DNA of 64,000 bases from Bdellovibrionales bacterium RIFOXYD12_FULL_39_22 (GTDB lineage: Bacteria > Bdellovibrionota > Bacteriovoracia > Bacteriovoracales > Bacteriovoracaceae): the NCBI GenBank assembly GCA_001770205.1, contig MEQL01000025.1, positions 1 through 64,000 on the forward strand, given 5' to 3'. Positions 17,567 to 26,950 of this stretch are shown here, piece by piece. Position numbers and translations under genes: made by a program. Numbering within the stretch: position 1 is the stretch's first letter; each line of letters starts with the position of its first letter. A model generated the notes under the pieces. The model had not been told where the DNA came from. It was given only the letters and a program-made list of their open reading frames with translations, and made no database searches.

Positions 17567-18646
17567 CTAGCTCAAAACAATTGGAAGTTTATGGCCACAT
17601 CTGGTGCAGCAGCTCTCTGCAGAAAATGTCTCTTTAATGTAGGTAGATAGGCCGAAACGTTCAATTAAAAGTTCATGGCATTGTGGACAATAGGTATTTA
17701 GGCCAATGGCCTCAAAGGCATTGCCGACATAGGGATACATTACTCCCTTATCTAAAGCTCTATTTCTAGCACTCATCACATCTTCCAGTGGAGTTTGCTT
17801 TACATCCATATATTTGTAGTCTGGATGGAAACGTGTGAAATGAATTGGCGTAGTCGGTGCCAATTCTGATAAAATAAAATTAATCATCTTATCGTAATTA
17901 TCATTATTATTTGTAAGATCAGTCACAACTAAATTACTGATCTCATAGTGTATTCCGCTGCGATGAATTTGATTGGCATTATCCAAAACCGGCCGCAACC
18001 ATCCTTTTGTAAACTTAGTATAATATCCCTCATCCATGGCCTTTATAGAAATAGCAAATACATCAATAACCTCGACCAACATTTTGACCGCTTCTGGTGT
18101 TAGGAAAAATGCCGATTTAAAAAGATTTTTTAGCCCTCTTTTTTTTGCTTCCTTGGCAGTATCAATCACAAATTCAAACCATACTGCCGGATCGTTGTAT
18201 GTCCAGCTAAGAATTGGAATATTGTCTTCTAGTGCTTTTTCTATTACTTGCGCACTTGTGTACTCTTGAATGGTGTGCTCTGGCGTATATTGAAATTGTG
18301 AGTAGGTCCAATTTTGACAATAGTCACAATCTAAATTACACCCAAAATTCCCTAGAGATAAAATCTTGGCCCCAGGCATGTAATGAAAAACGGCCTCGGC
18401 CTCAATACGCTCTACTGTGACATGAGTGGCCTTGCCATAATTTTGAGTATAGAGAATTCCTTCAATATTTTTTCGAACTTTGCAAAAACCAACATGGCCT
18501 TTCGCAATTTTACACTTTCTTGGACAAACCAAACACTGCACTTTGTTATCGGCCAACTTATCATACAAATACGCCTCTTTTCTGGTATCGTTCCACACTT
18601 TATGTAAATCGTAACGAACGACATCTTCACTATAAGGATTGCTCAA
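17567..18646 (-). CDS. amrS: AmmeMemoRadiSam-system-type radical SAM enzyme (PflA-like)
   Basis: N-terminal CLVCPRKC...FCKVR, GCNLDCDYCQNW, WTYNDP, HFTRFHPDYK, C-terminal TYCPQC..LIER zinc ribbon. TTG start with AAGGAG RBS. Confidence 0.8.
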   Translation of the reverse strand: MSNPYSEDVVRYDLHKVWNDTRKEAYLYDKLADNKVQCLVCPRKCKIAKGHVGFCKVRKNIEGILYTQNYGKATHVTVERIEAEAVFHYMPGAKILSLGNFGCNLDCDYCQNWTYSQFQYTPEHTIQEYTSAQVIEKALEDNIPILSWTYNDPAVWFEFVIDTAKEAKKRGLKNLFKSAFFLTPEAVKMLVEVIDVFAISIKAMDEGYYTKFTKGWLRPVLDNANQIHRSGIHYEISNLVVTDLTNNNDNYDKMINFILSELAPTTPIHFTRFHPDYKYMDVKQTPLEDVMSARNRALDKGVMYPYVGNAFEAIGLNTYCPQCHELLIERFGLSTYIKETFSAESCCTRCGHKLPIVLS

Positions 18647-18775
18647 TTTTCACTCCTTTAATCATGTCTGCTGTCATAACTCGGCCATGGTTGAGTAATA
18701 CGATACTTCATCCTCTACAAAGAGGCCACTTTCTAGACGCCGCTTTAAATTAATGTAAAACGTTTAAACCTCATT

Positions 18776-18802
18776 TAAGAAAAGGAACAAAAACGCCGAA
18801 AA
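18776..18802 (+). promoter_or_regulatory. Putative sigma28 (FliA) promoter TAAG-N15-GCCGAAAA
   Basis: Matches the TAAA-N15-GCCGATAA consensus with correct spacing; 22 bp before the ATG. Confidence 0.55.
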
Positions 18803-18824
18803 GGGAAAGGCGGAGGTTATTACT

Positions 18825-20243
18825 ATGCCCAATATAATCGATATATTTAATAAAAAACAATCACTGCTTTTTGGCATTTTAGTTGCTTTGTTATTTTCTT
18901 ACTCTTGCTCCTTGGCCCCCCTTAATCGGACACCCGCCAATGAAGGCCAAACATTCTCTTCTTTGGCCACCTTTGGAGCGGAATTTACATTTACCAATCG
19001 GGACATTATTCGCGAAAGCTCTATCTCATACGATCAAGTGCGGCCCATACGCAAAAAGGCCAAAGATGATCTAATCGCTACTATTTTAAAAAGTTGTGAT
19101 GGATGCTACCTGGACAAAAACTTCATCTATTACCCAAACGGAATCTGGATTGATGTCTCCCTGGATCCTTCAGTAGTAGAAGTCAGAATGAAACCAGTGA
19201 CGGTGGAAGAGTTTGAGCATTTTGCACCAACATTGCAAAAAGATCTCTTTGAAAATGCCAAAAACTTAGGACTTTTACCTGATCCAGAATATGGCGGCGG
19301 CCATATTCATATTGGATTGGAATCTGCTTTTGAAAATGATGATCTTTTATTCCGCAACTTTATGGTAGATTTTTTTAATCATCCTGAAATAGCATCTGGC
19401 ATATGGAAAGAGGACCTGCTCAACGCTCCACATCTAACCAAGCTACCTAACGAAAAAATTAATCGCTTCATTGAGCTTGTGGAAACTTTTGATAATGGGA
19501 AATTAAATCTCTGGGACTTGCTGTGGGCCATAACCAACGAGGTATACGATGTAAACTTGGCCCCCAAATCATGGAGTGAAGATGCCTCTCCCGATAAATA
19601 CCAGGCCTTCAACATCAGACGCATTGTTGGTTCTTTTGCAAAAGAAGAAAAAACTGCAGAAATTAGATGCTCTAAAGCACAAAATGATGCGTTTGAATTT
19701 TTAGCGCAAATAAAACTTCTGCAAAATAGAATTAACTACCTCCGGCAACTCGGCCATCCTATCCGCCCGGTAATTTTAAAAAATCTTTCTCCTCAGCAAA
19801 AGGTAGATAACTATTTTGACTATATAACAGAAAGCGGCGGAAACTGGAGAATGTACAAAGAACTTCTTCATTCTGAATATAAACATCTAACTCCTGAGCA
19901 TGCCAGGAATGGAACATTATGGAAAAATGAAATGCTAAAAAAATTGGCGCAAACCAATATTGAATGGACGGAAATCTACCGCGAACTCAAAGGGGTCGAT
20001 ATTATCTCGGAAGATGTTTTAGAGGTAACAACTATTGCACTAAAAAATGCCAAGATAGAAACTATTGAGTATCAAGAACTCTCTACTATTTTTAATTATG
20101 GCCATTGGAAAAATGATTCCCTGGGAAAAAATATTGTAAACATGACAGAAAAAAAATTAGAAAATTATAACGCCTTCCCTCGAAAAATTATACGCTCTTG
20201 TCTTGGTGCCTTGATGAATTTAATTTGGCCAGTTTCTAAATAG
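18825..20243 (+). CDS. Exported/lipoprotein with amidoligase (COOH-NH2 ligase, Amidoligase_2-like) motifs
   Basis: TFGAEFTF, VVEVRMKP, GGGHIHIG, KYQAFN, TAEIR in family order; N-terminal hydrophobic stretch with SYSC and RTPAN. Confidence 0.6.
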   Translation: MPNIIDIFNKKQSLLFGILVALLFSYSCSLAPLNRTPANEGQTFSSLATFGAEFTFTNRDIIRESSISYDQVRPIRKKAKDDLIATILKSCDGCYLDKNFIYYPNGIWIDVSLDPSVVEVRMKPVTVEEFEHFAPTLQKDLFENAKNLGLLPDPEYGGGHIHIGLESAFENDDLLFRNFMVDFFNHPEIASGIWKEDLLNAPHLTKLPNEKINRFIELVETFDNGKLNLWDLLWAITNEVYDVNLAPKSWSEDASPDKYQAFNIRRIVGSFAKEEKTAEIRCSKAQNDAFEFLAQIKLLQNRINYLRQLGHPIRPVILKNLSPQQKVDNYFDYITESGGNWRMYKELLHSEYKHLTPEHARNGTLWKNEMLKKLAQTNIEWTEIYRELKGVDIISEDVLEVTTIALKNAKIETIEYQELSTIFNYGHWKNDSLGKNIVNMTEKKLENYNAFPRKIIRSCLGALMNLIWPVSK

Positions 20244-20264
20244 ACACTCCTTAGATGATATTTG

Positions 20265-20291
20265 TAAACTTTAATTAAATTACTCCGAGTA
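20265..20291 (+). promoter_or_regulatory. Putative sigma28 promoter TAAA-N15-TCCGAGTA
   Basis: Correct spacing; upstream of a chemoreceptor gene, a typical FliA target. Confidence 0.55.
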
Positions 20292-20330
20292 GCTCAACAC
20301 AAAAAAATTCTATCCGCAGGAGCACCCGTT

Positions 20331-22118
20331 ATGTCCATCTCTTTTGCCTCTCTTAAATTTGATAAAAAAATCTTAATCCTTTTTTTCATTTCCACACTAT
20401 CGTTAGTAATTGCGATGGGAATCATCTCTTACCTAAACGCTAAAAAAGCAATCTATGCTCAAGTAGAGGAAAAACTAAACTACCAAGTTCGGGCACTGCG
20501 TGACTCTTTTGAGACAAAATTTGCTAATATTCCCCAGGAACTTACTAAGGCAAAAGATATTGCCGAACGCTCTGTTATGCAACAAGCAAAAATCATCAAC
20601 GATTTCATCTTAAAATATAACCTCACTAACAACGAGGAGGAATTAAAAAATTTATTGTCCAAATTTGCCGTAGGACAAACTGGCTACGTTTACATTTTGG
20701 ACTACCAGGGAAATTATGTACTCAGCAGCAAACGCGCATCCGATGGCAAAAACATTTGGAATGTGCAAGATGCTAATGGAGATTTTGTCATTCAGAAAAT
20801 TGTGGCCGCAGGCAAGGCCTTAAAAAATGCGGAATTTACAACCATCTCCTATCCCTGGAAAAATCAAGGAGAGACCAATGCACGTGATAAAGTGGCCGCT
20901 CTTTTTCACATCCCTGAAAAAAATTGGGTGGTAGGGGCATCGGCCTACTACGATGATTTAATAGATTTCACTATGGAAAAAAAGCTTTCTGATGATTTCA
21001 AGACGGCAATTCAAAAAGAGCCGGTGGGAAAAACTGGTTACGCCTACGTCATGAACTCCAAGGGAGACTTAATTATCCATCCAAAACAAGAGGGCACAAA
21101 TATTTCACAATTCCCTTTCATTCAACAAATCTGCAAAGAGAAAGAGGGTTTTATTAGCTATGACTGGGAAGGATCAAAAAAGATTGTCTCATATGTTTAT
21201 TTAAAAGATAAAGATTATATCATTGCCGCCGGCAGTTACTTACGCGACTTTACCGATGAATTGCAGGCCATCTTTATTTCTACTATCGCCTCTATCATTG
21301 TGGCACTATTGCTGGTGGCGGTTATCTCCTGGTATATAAAAGTCTTTATAAAAAAACTTTCTACCGATCTAATCCATAGCTCTCAGAAAATCAAAAATAA
21401 TTCCAATCAAATTTCTACTGGAAATCAAGACTTGGCATCTCGCACTCAAGAGCAGGCCTCAGCATTAGAGGAAACGGCCGCGACACTAGAAGAGATTACC
21501 TCTACAATAAAACAAACTTCTGAAAATGCAGGACTGGCATCTAATCTAGTGGTCGATTCCGAACAAAAAGCATTAAGCGGAGGAGCTCTTTCGCTGTCTG
21601 TGGAAAAAGCAATGAATGAAATCTCTGACAGTAGTCAAAAAATAGTGGATATTACCAACTTAGTAGATGAAATTGCCTTTCAAACAAATATTTTGGCCAT
21701 CAATGCGGCCATCGAAGCGGCAAAGGCCGGAGAGTCTGGAAAGGGATTTGCTGTCGTTGCAATAGAAGTTCGCGATTTAGCACAACGTGCTTCTAGCGCT
21801 GCCACTGATATTAAAAATTTAATTGACTCCAACATGTTAAAAATTAAAGATGGCTCTTCATTGGTGGCCCAAAACTCACTACAGTTGAAGGATATTGAAT
21901 CCAGTGTAAAAAAAGTGGCAGAAATTATGGCCGACATTTCTAAGGCGACCAAAGAGCAATCGTCTGCTATTGAAGAAATAAATAAAGCGGTAACGGAACT
22001 AGACTCCGTTACTCAACAAAACTCTTCTTTAGTTGAACAAGTTGCTACCAACTCTCAGGGACTATCCGGTGAGGCCGATGAAATGAATCGTTTAATTTTA
22101 GATAATTTTTCCACTTAA
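20331..22118 (+). CDS. Methyl-accepting chemotaxis protein with Cache sensor domains
   Basis: Two TMs, two Cache-like motifs ([22 protein letters not shown]), signalling hairpin [30 protein letters not shown]. Confidence 0.95.
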   Translation: MSISFASLKFDKKILILFFISTLSLVIAMGIISYLNAKKAIYAQVEEKLNYQVRALRDSFETKFANIPQELTKAKDIAERSVMQQAKIINDFILKYNLTNNEEELKNLLSKFAVGQTGYVYILDYQGNYVLSSKRASDGKNIWNVQDANGDFVIQKIVAAGKALKNAEFTTISYPWKNQGETNARDKVAALFHIPEKNWVVGASAYYDDLIDFTMEKKLSDDFKTAIQKEPVGKTGYAYVMNSKGDLIIHPKQEGTNISQFPFIQQICKEKEGFISYDWEGSKKIVSYVYLKDKDYIIAAGSYLRDFTDELQAIFISTIASIIVALLLVAVISWYIKVFIKKLSTDLIHSSQKIKNNSNQISTGNQDLASRTQEQASALEETAATLEEITSTIKQTSENAGLASNLVVDSEQKALSGGALSLSVEKAMNEISDSSQKIVDITNLVDEIAFQTNILAINAAIEAAKAGESGKGFAVVAIEVRDLAQRASSAATDIKNLIDSNMLKIKDGSSLVAQNSLQLKDIESSVKKVAEIMADISKATKEQSSAIEEINKAVTELDSVTQQNSSLVEQVATNSQGLSGEADEMNRLILDNFST

Positions 22119-22218
22119 ATTTATTAATTTGATCCTACTTCCGCTACTTCTTACTTAATTTTATGGCCATGATTCCGATAGGATTGCACACAACAAAAAA
22201 CAGTATCTCAATTTAATT

Positions 22219-23376
22219 ATGAGTATTTTGGCAAGAGTTTTAATTATTGGCCCAATTGCAGAAGATCGCCAGGTACTTGCGCAGGCCATTTTTTCTCTTG
22301 GACATACTGTCATTGAAACATCTTCAGAAAAAGATGCTCTGCTTAAATTTAAAACGGTAAGGCCAGATTTAGTATTACTCTCCGTTGGGGCCGCCTGCCC
22401 CGAGCATTTTGAAATTCTTGATTACATTAAATATGATGTCTCTTCTCACAACATCTCCGTAATTGTAATCTCTGATGGTGCGGACATTTCCAGCATTGTA
22501 AAGAGCATTGAAATGGGAGCTGATGATTACCTAACCCGGCCAGTGCAGGCCCCAATTCTTAAGGCAAAAGTCAACGCCTCGATTGAAAAAAAATTACTTC
22601 GCGATCGCGATGAGAACTATCGTAATCAAATTGAATTATACCTTGAAGAAGTAAAAGATAAAAATGCGCAAGTACAAAGTCTTTTGCGAGTTTTAACTCA
22701 CGATATAGCCAATCCGTTAACTATCATTCAAGGCAATATTTCTATTGCTCACTCCAATTTCAAAAACAAAAAAGAACTTTCTGAAAAATATTTTGAAAAG
22801 ATTGAGCGAGCTACACAAAACATTGCCGACATTCTTCAACACGTTCGCCAGATGCAGGCCATTGAAAGTGGGAAATTAACCGTCAAACTTGGCCCTGTAG
22901 ATATTGGGGAGGCCATCGGGGATGGCCTCTTTACTTTCAAAGAAAAACTAGATGCTAAGAAAGTTTCATTGGTGGTGGAAAATCAATTGCCAGCAGATAG
23001 AAAAATAATGGCCGAAAAAATAAGTTTTAGTAATCAAGTTCTAAATAATTTAATTTCTAACGCTATAAAATTTTCTGCAGAAAATAATATCATTACTATC
23101 TGTGCTAAAGAGGTTGAACATAATTTTGTGCAAATCAATATCTGCGATCAAGGTATTGGCATACCCACTACTTTGTTAAGCAATATTTTCATGCCTAATA
23201 AAAAAACCTCTCGAAAGGGAACGGCCGGCGAAGAAGGAACTGGTTTTGGAATGCCTCTAGTAAAAACCTACATCGAGCGTTATGGCGGCTCTATTGAAAT
23301 CAAGAGCAAAACCATTGATGAATTTCCTGATTCTCACGGGACAGAGGTTATTCTCAAATTAAAAAGGGCAATATGA
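22219..23376 (+). CDS. Hybrid receiver-histidine kinase
   Basis: N-terminal REC-like domain (PDLVLLS: Ser at the usual phospho-Asp position), THDIANPL, NLISNAIKF, DQGIG, GTGFGM. Confidence 0.9.
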   Translation: MSILARVLIIGPIAEDRQVLAQAIFSLGHTVIETSSEKDALLKFKTVRPDLVLLSVGAACPEHFEILDYIKYDVSSHNISVIVISDGADISSIVKSIEMGADDYLTRPVQAPILKAKVNASIEKKLLRDRDENYRNQIELYLEEVKDKNAQVQSLLRVLTHDIANPLTIIQGNISIAHSNFKNKKELSEKYFEKIERATQNIADILQHVRQMQAIESGKLTVKLGPVDIGEAIGDGLFTFKEKLDAKKVSLVVENQLPADRKIMAEKISFSNQVLNNLISNAIKFSAENNIITICAKEVEHNFVQINICDQGIGIPTTLLSNIFMPNKKTSRKGTAGEEGTGFGMPLVKTYIERYGGSIEIKSKTIDEFPDSHGTEVILKLKRAI

Positions 23377-24089
23377 CAACAACCTCAGAAGATAGCATTT
23401 TGCGTTTTAGATATACTTTCAAAATCCATGATAGCGATCGCGTCGTCGACTATCAATTTGCCCTTAACAGTAAAACCCTACTTTTCATCCCACAAGAAAC
23501 CGGCCCTGCAAAACTTTCTTCGTGGGCCGATCTCACTTTTTGCCAATGCTCCAATTGCCCCTTAGATAGTAAAAAAATTTCTCAGTGTCCAATTGCTTCC
23601 AACATAAATAATCTCGTCTATTCTTTTAATGATTTTCGCTCATACCAGAAGGCCACAATCATTGTCTCAACTCCCGAGAGAAAGTATTTCACAGAAGACT
23701 CTGTGCAAATTGGTCTCTTCTCTATTTTTGGAGTTATAATGGCAACAAGTGGTTGTCCGCACATGAATTTCTTGCGGCCGATGGCCCGCTTTCATCTACC
23801 TTTTGCTACTGTAGAAGAGACAATTTTTCGCTCTACCTCTACTTTTTTACTTAGAGAATATTTAATAAAGAAAACACAAAACAGTAAGCATGAAATTTCT
23901 TTGGATAATATGGCCGACCTCTATAAGAGTGTAGAATTAGTCAACGACGGAATTCTAAAACGCATTCACAGCATTGCCATCGCCGATGCCGACCAAAATG
24001 CACTTGTTATTTTAAACAGTTTTGCTCAAATCATCGGGATGGAATCAGAAAATGACTATTCAGAATTAACAAAAATATTTTTCCCCTGA
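23373..24089 (+). CDS. Conserved hypothetical protein (DUF6901-like)
   Basis: W..L.FCQCSNCPL...CP, TPERKY, MATSGCP, LRPMARFHLPFA match this family as I recall it; coupled to the kinase (ATGA overlap). Confidence 0.6.
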   Translation: MTTTSEDSILRFRYTFKIHDSDRVVDYQFALNSKTLLFIPQETGPAKLSSWADLTFCQCSNCPLDSKKISQCPIASNINNLVYSFNDFRSYQKATIIVSTPERKYFTEDSVQIGLFSIFGVIMATSGCPHMNFLRPMARFHLPFATVEETIFRSTSTFLLREYLIKKTQNSKHEISLDNMADLYKSVELVNDGILKRIHSIAIADADQNALVILNSFAQIIGMESENDYSELTKIFFP

Positions 24090-26036
24090 TCAACTAACAG
24101 CCGGAAGTTTTATCTCAAAAACTGGCCCACCTGTGGAAGCATTATAGACTCTCATTTCTCCTCCATGATCGGCCACAATACCATGACTTACCGAAAGGCC
24201 CAGCCCTGTTCCTTTTCCAATTGGTTTTGTGGTGAAAAAGGGTTCCATCACTTTATCTATAATATCAGGCGCAATATTTGGCCCACTATTGTGAATATGT
24301 AGAACAATCCATCTCTTAATTATGACTTCATTTTCACCCATGCGCTGTTTATCATTTTCCACCAGAACATCCACCACAAAATCTCCTCCTCCCAACTCCT
24401 CCATGGCATCTACCGCATTATTGGCCAAATTTAAAAATACCTGGGAAAGCTCATTGGCATTACCCCAAATGGCCGGCAGAGCACTCTCTCCCTCTAATCG
24501 AAAATTAATTTTGTTCTTAATAAAACGGGGACGCACTAACTCCACAGCATCATGGATTGCCGCTAATATATCAAATTCTCCCTTTTGCGCAGATTTTCTG
24601 CGTGAAAAGGCCAACAGGCCACTAACAATCTCCGAAATTCGCGTGGCCTGCTTAACAATTCGAGTCATATATTTTTCAACATAATCAGGAATCACCCCTG
24701 GATTAGTTGCTTCACTCTCTCGAAGACGTCCTAAAACATATTGTGCACCTGCAATGATCACGCCGTTGGGATTGTTGATCTCATGGGCAACTCCTCCTGC
24801 TAACTCTCCTACCGCCGCCAGTTTGGATGATTGCAACAACTGCTTATTTGACTCTTCTAATTTCTTTCTCTCTACATTCAGTTGAGAAGTAAGTTGTTGA
24901 TTAAAATTTTGCAAAGTATCTTGTGCTTTTTTTTCATTGGTAATATCGCTATACTGCACAATAATAGCAATGACGCCCTTATCCTTATCTCGCAATAAAT
25001 GGGCAGTGCAAGCATAACTGCGTCGCCCCCCTCCTCCCTGTGCCTCGATCTCCACATCTTCCGTTTGAAATGATAAGGTTGAAAGTAATCTATCCACAAT
25101 GGCCGCTAGTCGTTCATGGCCAGACTCAAAGACAGAAAGTCCCTGCCCGACCAAGTCAGAGGTAGAAATACCTCCAAAAATCTCAAGAATATATTTGTTA
25201 ACCAGAACTACTTTTTTATCTGCAGACAACATTATGACTCCGGTCAATAGGCCATCAAAAATTGCCTGAAGGGTGTCCTTGGTGCTAATTAATTGATCTT
25301 CACGCTGTTCCAATTCTTTCATCAGATTATCAAAGTTACTCAAATAAAAATTGCTCTCTAGGCCAATCCCGGGCAGCGTTAAAGGATGCGTAGAATCAAG
25401 GTCTCTTCTATTTTCTAAAACCAAAGCAATTTTTTCCACAAAGTAAGAAAGATGGGTATCGACAAATATCAAAGTTCCCAGCAAAAAAATAAATGCCGTG
25501 ATAAATAAAACCACAAACAAAGCAAAAAGATCCCTAATCAACGTGTAAACCGGCGCGTAAGAGATCCCCACCTCTAAGGCCTCTGCTTCATTGTTAAATT
25601 TTCCCAAAGCTAAGTGAAGTCTATACTTGGCCTCCGAAAGATTTAATACCTTAGGCCGCAGAATCTGCTTGGCCACTTGTGAATGGCCGGCAATATCTAT
25701 TTGCCTTAATCCTTTTTGAAATTTAACCGAAACCTCAATGCCTGATCTCGCTACCACGATGCCGTTTCGAAAATATTTTGCCCACATCACCAATTTATTA
25801 TTTTGCAACATTGATACGGCCAATTCTGGGGAAAGCGAATGTAGCTCATCTTGGTAAGATATGGTGGCCAACTCCAAGGCAAGTCGATCCACTGCTTCTT
25901 CTGCTAATTTTTTTTGCTGCATGAAACTTATCGACATGGAAGGAAACAAAATGGCAGCGCAGACTGAGGCAAAGATCAAAGTTTTGAGATAACCAGACGG
26001 CCAAACAAATCGCCTTGCACTAATTGTTCTCTTCAT
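24090..26036 (-). CDS. Membrane PAS-domain NtrB-type sensor histidine kinase
   Basis: Two TMs, PAS-like region, KLAAVGELAGGVAHEINNP, QVFLNLANNA, PFFTTKPIGKGTGLGLS. Confidence 0.92.
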   Translation of the reverse strand: MKRTISARRFVWPSGYLKTLIFASVCAAILFPSMSISFMQQKKLAEEAVDRLALELATISYQDELHSLSPELAVSMLQNNKLVMWAKYFRNGIVVARSGIEVSVKFQKGLRQIDIAGHSQVAKQILRPKVLNLSEAKYRLHLALGKFNNEAEALEVGISYAPVYTLIRDLFALFVVLFITAFIFLLGTLIFVDTHLSYFVEKIALVLENRRDLDSTHPLTLPGIGLESNFYLSNFDNLMKELEQREDQLISTKDTLQAIFDGLLTGVIMLSADKKVVLVNKYILEIFGGISTSDLVGQGLSVFESGHERLAAIVDRLLSTLSFQTEDVEIEAQGGGGRRSYACTAHLLRDKDKGVIAIIVQYSDITNEKKAQDTLQNFNQQLTSQLNVERKKLEESNKQLLQSSKLAAVGELAGGVAHEINNPNGVIIAGAQYVLGRLRESEATNPGVIPDYVEKYMTRIVKQATRISEIVSGLLAFSRRKSAQKGEFDILAAIHDAVELVRPRFIKNKINFRLEGESALPAIWGNANELSQVFLNLANNAVDAMEELGGGDFVVDVLVENDKQRMGENEVIIKRWIVLHIHNSGPNIAPDIIDKVMEPFFTTKPIGKGTGLGLSVSHGIVADHGGEMRVYNASTGGPVFEIKLPAVS

Positions 26037-26163
26037 TGTTTCACCTAGGCAGATTAAAACATACTAATATAAAATCAATACCTTATCACTTCCAGGTCTC
26101 ACCCCCTAAAGAGTGTGACAATCTTTATAACCTTCTGATTTTTATCAACTTCTCTTAAACTAA

Positions 26164-26181
26164 TGCGACAAGCATGTCTCA
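26164..26181. promoter_or_regulatory. Palindromic candidate enhancer site TGCGACA-agca-TGTCTCA
   Basis: Near-perfect dyad 73 bp upstream of the sigma54 promoter; extra half-site TGTGACA at 26114-26120. Confidence 0.5.
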
Positions 26182-26254
26182 CTTTTTAATTATAAAATAA
26201 AAAAAATGGAACTTTTTTTTATTAATTCGTTGAATTTAAAGGATTCTATCTAAT

Positions 26255-26270
26255 TGGCAATCCTATTGCA
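26255..26270 (+). promoter_or_regulatory. Sigma54 promoter TGGCAATCCTATTGCA
   Basis: GG-N10-GC with consensus TGGCA and TTGCA elements; upstream of the 26333-28442 operon. Confidence 0.75.
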
Positions 26271-26332
26271 ATAGGATTGGCAGGACTTTTAGATTAATAA
26301 ACTTTTCTTAGATATTTTACCAAGGAGACTTT

Positions 26333-26950
26333 ATGAATGAAACACAGCACGCATCAAGTGAAAACTTCTCTCTGACTGACAAAATGGGCATCTTTATCGG
26401 CACCATCATTTTTCTTTTAATAATGCCACTCACCCTTTTAATTTCTTCCCTCCCTATAGCCATATTAAAAAATATAATTTCCAACAGTGTGATTATCATG
26501 TTTGGCGGTTTTTTTCTTATGCTCATTGGTGGGGCCGTATCACTGGTTATGTCACTTATTTTCGGGATCATCATCTCTTATACAATGAACAAAATTGATA
26601 AATTTATCAATGTCTCAGAATTTTTCTTCCGCTTAGTAAGAAATGATCGTCCATTCCAAAATAGCTCTTTTTCTAACACCGGCGCCTTGATTGGTGGAGC
26701 ACTCTCCATGATTGGACTAATTATCAAAGGTGGCGAACCCATTCACACTGTAACTGCCAAAATTGAACACCTCTTCCCGGCCCCATTAATATTGAGCTTA
26801 GGTGATATCGTGACTTTAAACTTTGCTCATGGATATGCGGTGGCCACTGGCTTTCTAACTATTGGTTTACTATTCCTTATCGCTGGTGTAGCATCTGGCA
26901 GTATCACAGGTATCATTTTCGATAGATTATCTCACAAAAAACATGAGTAG
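26333..26950 (+). CDS. Hypothetical integral membrane protein
   Basis: About 4-5 hydrophobic segments; AAGGAG RBS; overlaps the cytochrome gene. Confidence 0.7.
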   Translation: MNETQHASSENFSLTDKMGIFIGTIIFLLIMPLTLLISSLPIAILKNIISNSVIIMFGGFFLMLIGGAVSLVMSLIFGIIISYTMNKIDKFINVSEFFFRLVRNDRPFQNSSFSNTGALIGGALSMIGLIIKGGEPIHTVTAKIEHLFPAPLILSLGDIVTLNFAHGYAVATGFLTIGLLFLIAGVASGSITGIIFDRLSHKKHE

